Shown: piece by piece, positions 56,647 through 64,000 of the stretch
How the letters are laid out: the number at the start of each line of letters is the position of its first letter
How positions within the stretch are numbered: the first letter of the stretch is position 1
From: a virus
Length of the DNA stretch: 64,000 nucleotides
Reading direction: 5' to 3' (one strand)
IMG/VR virus record: IMGVR_UViG_3300009593_000010
Location: 65,559-129,558 of that record
Notes under the pieces: generated by a model
The model's input: the letters and a program-made list of their open reading frames with translations, nothing else
The model's database searches: none
Told to the model about the DNA's origin: nothing
Translations under genes and position numbers: made by a program

Positions 56647-56805
56647 ATGTTTAGTCAGTATAAATACTATGGTGAGGTTGAAAACTTTCCTAAAGTTGGG
56701 GAAGATTTCTTACCTTATTTGAAGTGGCGTGAAAGTCAAAAACGGGCCAGAAGAAATAAATGGTCATTAATTATAATAGTGGGTGCAATTTTATTGTTGG
56801 TATAA
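56647..56805 (+). CDS. small protein with C-terminal TM segment (52 aa, not in ORF track)
   Basis: MFSQYKYYGEVENF...WSLIIIVGAILLLV; TAATG coupling to next gene. Confidence 0.45.
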   Translation: MFSQYKYYGEVENFPKVGEDFLPYLKWRESQKRARRNKWSLIIIVGAILLLV

Positions 56806-57005
56806 TGAGTAAACATGATAGTTCCATAGACAAAGGTGTCTTAATAGGACATACAGTCGTAGATATCCTTCAACGCAAAGTCGAGTTGAAGAAGGAACTT
56901 ATACACCTAAGAAAACTCCACATAAACGAAGAAAGACAAAAGAAACTAGAAGATAAACTAGCAGAGTATGATGATTATCTTCACAAACACAGATTACAAA
57001 AATGA
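56805..57005 (+). CDS. small coiled-coil protein
   Basis: In-frame ATG of ORF 56760; coupled start. Confidence 0.55.
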   Translation: MSKHDSSIDKGVLIGHTVVDILQRKVELKKELIHLRKLHINEERQKKLEDKLAEYDDYLHKHRLQK

Positions 57006-57102
57006 GACCCAGTGGAGTCGTATGGGTAAAAATAGAGTCGATTGGCGTCCTTCCGCTGTAAGTAGATAATCTCCACATTAACCTACACAGTAAATTGCCA
57101 CT

Positions 57103-57131
57103 AAGGGAACAATGCATTGTTCCCTTTTTTT
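57103..57131 (+). terminator. rho-independent terminator
   Basis: AAGGGAACAAT-GC-ATTGTTCCCTT followed by a T run. Confidence 0.88.
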
Positions 57132-57136
57132 ATATG

Positions 57137-57144
57137 TATAAATA
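57137..57144 (+). promoter_or_regulatory. late promoter TATAAATA
   Basis: Exact consensus 5 nt before ATG 57150. Confidence 0.75.
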
Positions 57145-57149
57145 GTATT

Positions 57150-59435
57150 ATGCAAACATTAAAATCATTTCAAGAATTTCAAGAGGATTTAAATGTCTTT
57201 GGACATGATAAACCATTACCACCTAAAAAGCAAAAAAAACTTGAGGGAGATAAAGGTGTATTCAAAGACTTTGATATTGAAGGATGGAAGTCCAGACCAT
57301 TCCCAGCCAACGACAGTGAAGAAGTAATCAAAGAACTTCGTATACTACAATCTATGGTTGCAGATCGTGACATGGAAGTTGCACGAGAGTTTATGTTCGA
57401 GGTAGATAAGAAGATAAAGGCACCATTTAAAAGGTATTTTAAACAGAATGACCTAGACCTAAACCTCATTGATGATGCTAAAAAGATCATAGATGATGCA
57501 TCACCAATCATTCTTGAACTCAAACAGTCATATAATAGAATAAGACCATATGCTCTTGCAAGTAAATTAAACTTTGAAAGGAAACTTGCATTCACTATTT
57601 CCCCACTAAAATCTGCAAACTCACCATCATATCCATCTGGACATGCAACACAAGGCAGACTTATGGCAAAGTACCTTGCATCTAAAGTTGATCTAAGACA
57701 TCGTATGGATATCATGAAACTAGGTGACTATGTTGGTCAATCTAGGATGTTAGGTGGTGTTCACTATCCATCTGATACAGATTTCGGTAAACAACTAGCA
57801 GATTCACTATTTAATTACTTGACAGTTAACAAAGAATCATTTAAAATGAACTCATTTAAACAATTAAGTGAGGGTATGATTATGGAAGTAGCAGGTGGTT
57901 TGGCAGGAAGTTCTTTATTTGATAGAGATAACAAAGAAAGATTTATAAAATTAACAGACAGTGGTAAACTGGTCGATACACAAGGTAATGAACTATCTGT
58001 AGATAAAGATTTATGGAAGATCATGAAGAAACAATTACAAGATGCAGAAAGTTGGGATGAATTAAAACCTAAATGGACTAATTTTAAGTCTGCATTTGGA
58101 GTTTCTCTTGGTAGTGTAGCAAAAGGATTAAATGATATGTCTGGTGGTAAGGGTGGTGGTAAAGGCCCATCTGGTGAAGACTGGGAAGCAATGATTGTAC
58201 TTGGCCAATTTAAAAAGGGTGATAAGAATTTTGTAGGTACTCCAGAATGGGATAGAATTGAACCTAAAGGATTCTGGGATGATGATTATAACAGAGAAAC
58301 AGCACTTAAACTTGCAGATGCATTTGATGATGCTGGATTTCCAAACATGTATCAAACTGGAAGTGGAAAAGGTGGTGTACCATTAACTAAAAATTGGAAA
58401 GAATGGGGTGGTACAAATGCAACACCAAAGACTGATTTGAAATCTGCTGAACGAAGAATATCACTTAAAAAGAAAGGTGGTTCACAGGTCATGAGTGCAA
58501 AGAAATTTGAAGCTGCTGCAACCTTCGAAGCTGCAAAGGTAATCATGGGTGAAAATCATCCTAAAGAAGCATCAGATATGGTAGACACCATGCAGAAAAT
58601 GGTATTAGCATTTGATGAAAAGATTGATAAGAAACTTGGAGTCGTTGATGCAAAGACTGGTGCATATAAAGGTGGTGTGGATGATTTAGAAAAATCAAAA
58701 TCAAAAGACCCTATCACTATAGCACATAAAAAGAAAATGGCAGAGATACGAAAGAATGGTAGAGAATTAGATAAGAAAATGTCAGCATTATTTATGAAGA
58801 ATCCCAAGTTTAAACAGTCTTTTGTTTTTGAGGCTGCAACTGGTCAACAAAAATTTGGAGATGCATCAAGTTCTCGTGCAGATGTTATGATAGAATTTGA
58901 TGTTAATAAACAAAAAATTAATTTAAACCAACCTCTGAAAACTTTAAATGATGTTGAGAAATTGGCAACAAAATATGCACTTTACTTTGCATTTAAGTCT
59001 ACAGGTGGTTCTTCACCTTATATGTCACTTCGTGGAAATGTTTACGATAATCCAGATAAGGCACTTGCAAAACAAAAGAAAATGTTATCTAATAGTCATG
59101 AACCAATGACACTTAATGGTATTCTAACAGAAGGTCTTAAACAGGAAGATGTTGGAAGAAAAGTATTACATGAAGGTTATGTAGAACAATTAGATGAATG
59201 GGGAATGTTAGATAAGGTCAAGAAAGGATTGAGTTCTATTGCAAAGAAAGTAAGAGACAAGTTTCAAAAGATGTGGAAATGGATGAAGGATAAAATTAAT
59301 GCTTCATTTGATTGGATAAAGAAACAAGGTAAAAAGATGTTAAGTGCTTTGCAACAGTTCTTTGGTAAGGTACTTGATAAATGTAATCTGACTCCAAAGA
59401 GTGGAGCTCCAGAATTGTTTAGTGAGAAAGCATAA
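57150..59435 (+). CDS. PAP2-family phosphatase fused to a PD-(D/E)xK-like domain
   Basis: K..YNRIRP, PSYPSGHA, SR..GGVHYPSD (PAP2 motifs); GEDWE...PKTD...ISLK in the second half. Confidence 0.75.
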   Translation: MQTLKSFQEFQEDLNVFGHDKPLPPKKQKKLEGDKGVFKDFDIEGWKSRPFPANDSEEVIKELRILQSMVADRDMEVAREFMFEVDKKIKAPFKRYFKQNDLDLNLIDDAKKIIDDASPIILELKQSYNRIRPYALASKLNFERKLAFTISPLKSANSPSYPSGHATQGRLMAKYLASKVDLRHRMDIMKLGDYVGQSRMLGGVHYPSDTDFGKQLADSLFNYLTVNKESFKMNSFKQLSEGMIMEVAGGLAGSSLFDRDNKERFIKLTDSGKLVDTQGNELSVDKDLWKIMKKQLQDAESWDELKPKWTNFKSAFGVSLGSVAKGLNDMSGGKGGGKGPSGEDWEAMIVLGQFKKGDKNFVGTPEWDRIEPKGFWDDDYNRETALKLADAFDDAGFPNMYQTGSGKGGVPLTKNWKEWGGTNATPKTDLKSAERRISLKKKGGSQVMSAKKFEAAATFEAAKVIMGENHPKEASDMVDTMQKMVLAFDEKIDKKLGVVDAKTGAYKGGVDDLEKSKSKDPITIAHKKKMAEIRKNGRELDKKMSALFMKNPKFKQSFVFEAATGQQKFGDASSSRADVMIEFDVNKQKINLNQPLKTLNDVEKLATKYALYFAFKSTGGSSPYMSLRGNVYDNPDKALAKQKKMLSNSHEPMTLNGILTEGLKQEDVGRKVLHEGYVEQLDEWGMLDKVKKGLSSIAKKVRDKFQKMWKWMKDKINASFDWIKKQGKKMLSALQQFFGKVLDKCNLTPKSGAPELFSEKA

Positions 59436-60649
59436 TGGCTGGTGCAAAGAATCTACATTTAGAACATATCGAAGATGAGATATTCAACGATGGTATTGAT
59501 GGTGCAAGAGGTGCTATAAACTTTATCAGATCACTAAGGGATATGTTAGTCTCTAGTGCAAAAACCTCAATAAATGTCACTGTAAAGTGGGACGGGGCTC
59601 CAGCAGTATTTGTTGGTGAACATCCAGAAACAGGTAAATTTCTGGTTGCAAAGAAAAGTATATTTGCAAAGAAACAAGAATACTACACCACACATGCAGA
59701 GATAGATGATAAGTTGTCTGGAGACCTTGCAGATAAGTTTAAAGCATGTTTAGATAACTTCAAAGACTTAGGAATCAAGGGAATCATACAAGGGGACTTA
59801 ATGTTCGTTAAGGGTGATCTCAAGAAAGAAAAGATTGATGGTGTTCAATACGATACCTTCGGGCCAAATACAATCATCTATGCAGTACCTTCTACATCTA
59901 AACTTGCAACTACAATGAGAAATGCACAAGTTGGTGTTGTCTGGCATACGACATATACAGGTGATACCCTAGAAGACATGACTGCATCTTTTGGTGTTGA
60001 CATCTCTGGTCTTAGAAAGACATCTAAGGTATGGATGAACGATGCAGAGTACACAGATGTATCTGGAACTGCAACCTTTACCCAAAAAGATAGTGCAGAG
60101 ATAACCAGATTAATGTCCAGAACAGGAAAAGTATTTCGGAAAATTAAGAAAATTCCACTCGATAAATTTCTGGAGCTGCAGAAGAGTATGCCACAGGGTG
60201 CAACATACAAAACCTACCACAACAGTGTAGTTCGTGAAGGACAAGATTTACTTAGATTGAACTATAAAAAACATGCAGACGGATACTTCAAATTTGCAGA
60301 GATGAAATTGAAGAAAGAGGTTGATAAAGCAAAGTCCAAGAAAGGAAAAGATACCAAGACAAAGAACATGAATACATATTTAACAAGTATCAGAAAAAAT
60401 TTGGTTCTATTAAAAACCATAGTCGAATTTCAGGCATTAATCAACTATGCAAAAACTAAGATACTATATAAAGTGAACAATGCAAAGCAACTTACATCTA
60501 CATTTGTTAAAACAGATAATGGATTTGATGTTGTTGCACCAGAAGGATTCGTTGCAATAGACAACGATTTAGGTGGTGCAGTGAAACTGGTCGATAGAAT
60601 GGAGTTCAGTTTCAATAATTTCACTGCTGCAAAAGCATGGGATAAATAA
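59435..60649 (+). CDS. DUF6267-like putative ligase/nucleotidyltransferase-fold protein
   Basis: HLEHIED, TVKWDGAPA (KxDG), QGDLMF, PEGFVA, KLVDRMEFS. Confidence 0.65.
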   Translation: MAGAKNLHLEHIEDEIFNDGIDGARGAINFIRSLRDMLVSSAKTSINVTVKWDGAPAVFVGEHPETGKFLVAKKSIFAKKQEYYTTHAEIDDKLSGDLADKFKACLDNFKDLGIKGIIQGDLMFVKGDLKKEKIDGVQYDTFGPNTIIYAVPSTSKLATTMRNAQVGVVWHTTYTGDTLEDMTASFGVDISGLRKTSKVWMNDAEYTDVSGTATFTQKDSAEITRLMSRTGKVFRKIKKIPLDKFLELQKSMPQGATYKTYHNSVVREGQDLLRLNYKKHADGYFKFAEMKLKKEVDKAKSKKGKDTKTKNMNTYLTSIRKNLVLLKTIVEFQALINYAKTKILYKVNNAKQLTSTFVKTDNGFDVVAPEGFVAIDNDLGGAVKLVDRMEFSFNNFTAAKAWDK

Positions 60650-60665
60650 ATAATGAGGATATATT

Positions 60666-61856
60666 ATGGAACAACCAGTCAGACAGACCCTAGAGGGGTT
60701 TCTTAGAGAAGGGAACGACCCAACACTTCCAAAGGAATATGAACATCCCCTACAACAAATGAGTAGGGAAAACATCCATTGGGATGGAAAAACTGTGTGG
60801 GAATACTCCCATCCTACCTTTGTATCACCATCAAGGAAAACATTTCTAACAATAGCCAGAAAGGCAGGACATTCATCCTGTAGAAAAGCACTTGCACTAT
60901 CCAACAAAGAACATGGTGATGATTGGCACTGGATGGAAGGCCCCAATAGAGAACCATCAAGATGGTTATCTTCTGATGATTATTGGACATTAATTGATGA
61001 AGTTCATCAAGAGAATCCAGATGAAAAGAAATTTGCAAAGAAACTTAGAACATGGACTAAAGATATTCTACCATCTCATATTACTTTTGATCCAGCAAGA
61101 GGTGATTCATGGATTGATGAAAAAACAGCAAAATTTCTAGGCCCATGTTTTGCATGGAGAATTGAACAGGATAATGGATTACCAGATCAGTTTGGACATA
61201 ATTGTTCATATACTATTCCACTAGTATGTACTGATTTTTTTAAGGACTGGAAAAAAGTTATGGTAATTAGGGAGCCTTGGGATAGATTTGTATCTGGATT
61301 AATTACAGAATTGGATATGGGGTTTTATACGCCTTGGTTTACTAATCACCAACATAGAAGTAAGAAACTCTGGGAAGAGTCTTACCTTAGAATGAAAAGA
61401 TTGTTGCTGTGGTCAGAACCAGAACATCTACTTTTTGGAAACTCAGAAGGGCCACAAACTGATCACACCTTCCCACTATCTAATTGGACTTGGAATGGTA
61501 AATCAATATTTGATGTTTATGATGAATTTATCCCATGTGATCATGAATTAGAGATGGTTTTAAGAGGCCAAGAAGTTGAGAACTGGGGTGCAGATGAGGA
61601 TAGTATTAAGAAAGGTAGTAGTATGATAAGGAAACTACAACTATGTGGTCTTTTATCAAAAGAAATTGACGATGGTAGTTCTGGAGATCGATCTCACGAT
61701 CAGTGGCAACATACGAATGTGACTCCACCAAACAGAAGAATGATGATGGACGAATTAATACAAGACCCAGATATGGAAGAATGGTTTAAAAGATGTCGTG
61801 AAATAGTTCAAAATGACATAGATGCAATAGAAATTAACAAAAGTAAGTTTGTTTAA
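60666..61856 (+). CDS. sulfotransferase-family-like protein
   Basis: IARKAGHSS (5'-PSB-like) and VIREPWDRFVSG (3'-PB-like). Confidence 0.6.
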   Translation: MEQPVRQTLEGFLREGNDPTLPKEYEHPLQQMSRENIHWDGKTVWEYSHPTFVSPSRKTFLTIARKAGHSSCRKALALSNKEHGDDWHWMEGPNREPSRWLSSDDYWTLIDEVHQENPDEKKFAKKLRTWTKDILPSHITFDPARGDSWIDEKTAKFLGPCFAWRIEQDNGLPDQFGHNCSYTIPLVCTDFFKDWKKVMVIREPWDRFVSGLITELDMGFYTPWFTNHQHRSKKLWEESYLRMKRLLLWSEPEHLLFGNSEGPQTDHTFPLSNWTWNGKSIFDVYDEFIPCDHELEMVLRGQEVENWGADEDSIKKGSSMIRKLQLCGLLSKEIDDGSSGDRSHDQWQHTNVTPPNRRMMMDELIQDPDMEEWFKRCREIVQNDIDAIEINKSKFV

Positions 61857-61872
61857 ATCATAAATACTGTTT

Positions 61873-62532
61873 ATGAAAACCTTTAAAGATATTACAGAGG
61901 TGAAATCCGAGACTGCTGTATTTGCATTCGGAAGATTCAACCCACCTACAGTCGGACATTTAAAACTTGCAAATAGGGTTAAACATGTTGCTGGTGTTAA
62001 AGGAGATGCATTTATCTATACAGGGTTTACACAAGATGCTAAGAAAAATCCATTGTCTTATAGGGATAAGATAAAATTCATGAAGGCAATGTTCGCATCC
62101 TCAAAAGTCACAGTAGAGGACACAAATGCACGAACAGTATTTGATGTGGTGACTGATTTATACAATCAAGGATATAGATCAGTGAAAATGGTTGCTGGTT
62201 CAGACAGAATAAAAGAATTTGAAAACCTACTAACCAAATATAATAATGTTAAAGGTAGACATGGATTCTACAACTTCAAGGAACTTTATGTAGTTTCTGC
62301 TGGGGAAAGAGACCCAGATGCAGAAGGAGTTGAAGGTATGAGTGCTTCTAAGATGAGAGCACTTGCAGCTAATGGTGATATGAAAGCATTTATGTTATCA
62401 TTACCAAGAGGATTCAGAATGGGGAAACAATTATACAAAGCAGTAAGAAAGGGTATGGGAGTGACAGAAGAATTTAACTTTTTACCAGATTATATGAGGG
62501 AAGACATTGGACAAGAAATACGAACTTCTTAA
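61873..62532 (+). CDS. cytidyltransferase-like HxGH nucleotidyltransferase
   Basis: FAFGRFNPPTVGH, KNPLS, VAGSDR, SAGERDPDAEG..GMSASKMR; preceded by CATAAATA. Confidence 0.88.
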   Translation: MKTFKDITEVKSETAVFAFGRFNPPTVGHLKLANRVKHVAGVKGDAFIYTGFTQDAKKNPLSYRDKIKFMKAMFASSKVTVEDTNARTVFDVVTDLYNQGYRSVKMVAGSDRIKEFENLLTKYNNVKGRHGFYNFKELYVVSAGERDPDAEGVEGMSASKMRALAANGDMKAFMLSLPRGFRMGKQLYKAVRKGMGVTEEFNFLPDYMREDIGQEIRTS

Positions 62533-64000
62533 AGAAGGTATAAATGATGTAGGAATCTTTAAGGCGGTGTTCATGGCAGGAGGGCCTGGTTCTGGAAAGA
62601 GTGCAGTTGCAAATAAACTTGCACTCCAAGCTATGGGACTCAAGAATGTAAACTCAGATGTTGCATTTGAAACTGGACTAAAGAAAGCAAATCTTTCTCT
62701 AAAAATGCCCTCAGATGAAGAAGAACAAAGAAATGCAGTTAGAGATCATGCAAAGGCATTAACTGCAAAACAAGAGGGATTATACCTTAAAGGTAGATTG
62801 GGTCTTATCGTTGACTCCACTGCAAGAGATGTTAAAAAGGTAATAGAACAAAACAAACTACTCAAAAAACTTGGTTACGAAACTGCAATGGTATTCGTTA
62901 ATACTGAGTTAGAAACTGCATTAGATAGAAACAGACAAAGAGCAAGAAGTATTCCAGACAAGATAGTCAAGGATTCTCATGCAACAGTTCGTGCAAATAT
63001 GGGTAAACTTCAAACAGTTTTCGGAAGAAGAAATTTTTTCATCATTGACAATGATGGTGATATGAAAGATTTAGAAAGAAATACAACTAAGATGTACTCT
63101 AGGGTGAAAACCTTTACATCTACCCTACCAGATAATAAAATGGTTAATGCATGGAAGACTGCATTGACAATGGATGCAGTAGATTTGGCTGCAGAGACAA
63201 TCCCCACATTACCTACCTTTGATGAAGAGGTAACACCAGACCAAAAAGATGCAATAGATGATCTTCTAAAATACCAATTTAGAAGGCATTATGAAGGTGT
63301 GAATACAGATAGAATAAAAAAACAACACGATAGAGAGGACGAGACATCCAAAAGAGAGAAGGAAACAGACAAAGAAAAAGAAGTCAGAGATCGAGAAAGA
63401 GACGACAAAGAAAAAAGGATCAAGAGAGATCGAGAAAGAGCATCTGCCGTTAAGAGAGACCAAGATCAAAAAAGAAACGAAGTATCTGATTCTGTCTTAG
63501 CAACTAAAGAAAAGATTTATAAAGACCTCAAGAAAAGAACTAAGTTCTTTAAAGATACCTATGGTGACAAATATAAAGAAGTCATGCATGGTACTGCTAT
63601 GAACATGGCAAAGAAACAACATGAGGTTGCAGAAGGTAATTATACAACTGAACTATCCAGACAACTTGCAATAGAAGCATTGAGTATGACTCAAAGAAGA
63701 GCAATCGGAATGAGAATGAGACGAATGGCCAAGAAGATGGCAAAGAAAAGACTTCGTAATAAGAAAAGAATGAAGAGTAAAGATCAGTTAGTTGCAAAAG
63801 CAAACAAGTGGGCAAGGGATAAACTTGCCAAAAAGATGACTGGTGGGAAGTCACTAAATACTTTACCTATAGCAATGAGAGTTTCAATAGGTAAGAAATT
63901 AGATAATAAACAGGCTGCAATCAAAAAACTTGCAAAGAAAATGCTACCCAAAGTACGAAAGGGTGAGGTTGAAAGACTAAAAAGGTTTAGACAACAACAA
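62507..64000 (+). CDS. P-loop kinase (AAA_33/zeta-like) fused to charged and basic modules; partial, runs off the window (not in ORF track)
   Basis: GAGG SD and TTG start; I translated it open to 64000: EGINDVGIFKAVFMAGGPGSGKS, NSD..FE, VDST, VNT.LETAL.RN..R.R. Confidence 0.85.
   Translation, partial: MDKKYELLKEGINDVGIFKAVFMAGGPGSGKSAVANKLALQAMGLKNVNSDVAFETGLKKANLSLKMPSDEEEQRNAVRDHAKALTAKQEGLYLKGRLGLIVDSTARDVKKVIEQNKLLKKLGYETAMVFVNTELETALDRNRQRARSIPDKIVKDSHATVRANMGKLQTVFGRRNFFIIDNDGDMKDLERNTTKMYSRVKTFTSTLPDNKMVNAWKTALTMDAVDLAAETIPTLPTFDEEVTPDQKDAIDDLLKYQFRRHYEGVNTDRIKKQHDREDETSKREKETDKEKEVRDRERDDKEKRIKRDRERASAVKRDQDQKRNEVSDSVLATKEKIYKDLKKRTKFFKDTYGDKYKEVMHGTAMNMAKKQHEVAEGNYTTELSRQLAIEALSMTQRRAIGMRMRRMAKKMAKKRLRNKKRMKSKDQLVAKANKWARDKLAKKMTGGKSLNTLPIAMRVSIGKKLDNKQAAIKKLAKKMLPKVRKGEVERLKRFRQQQ

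Noticed and set aside
56659-56666. TATAAATA as a late promoter
   Set aside because: It falls inside the probable 56647-56805 ORF in an early-type cassette, so it may be coincidental.
1113-63854. The many minus-strand and alternate-frame ORFs in the supplied track
   Set aside because: They lie inside well-supported + strand genes, lack SD or promoter context, and have shadow-frame compositions such as poly-Ser opposite acidic tracts.
1-64000. CRISPR array
   Set aside because: I saw no run of equal-length repeats with unique spacers; the recurring 30-bp elements are dispersed promoters.
1-64000. Stop-codon reassignment
   Set aside because: Core genes are full length in the standard code; TAA, TAG and TGA all end genes at expected positions; no suppressor tRNA.

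Overview
This window is an AT-rich, almost entirely + strand segment of a T4-like (Tevenvirinae/Kyanoviridae-style) myovirus genome. A marine proteobacterial host is an inference from the accessory genes. It carries the morphogenesis block gp18-19-20-67-68-21-22-23 and gp3, then uvsY, uvsW, gp55, gp47, gp46, gp45, gp44, gp62, regA, gp43, uvsX and gp41, plus tRNA-Asp and tRNA-Ala. Accessory islands sit between the core genes. (i) A late-promoter operon of two small membrane proteins, CsgF, CsgG, two curlin-like proteins, a FecR protein and a CHASE2 adenylate cyclase (38.2-44.8 kb). (ii) A C5-methyltransferase, TET/JBP oxygenase, NDP-sugar epimerase and glycosyltransferase cluster splitting gp44 from gp62. 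(iii) Seven 2OG-Fe(II) oxygenase-like genes, two Coq4-like genes, a TorF-like porin, peptide deformylase, lipase, peroxiredoxin, and Hsp20 with a ROSE-like leader. (iv) A PAP2/nuclease-like fusion, ligase-like, HxGH nucleotidyltransferase and kinase cluster with capsid-targeting-like N-termini. The non-coding DNA shows two sharply separated sigma70-type promoter classes: an 18-bp spacer with GGGTACA before early genes, and a 16-bp spacer with an inverted repeat before replication genes. It also shows T4 late TATAAATA boxes, many apparently leaderless starts, a Pho-box-like array, apparent absence of GGWCC, and several candidate structured RNAs. All calls are by eye from motifs and gene order; no database searches or folding programs were run.
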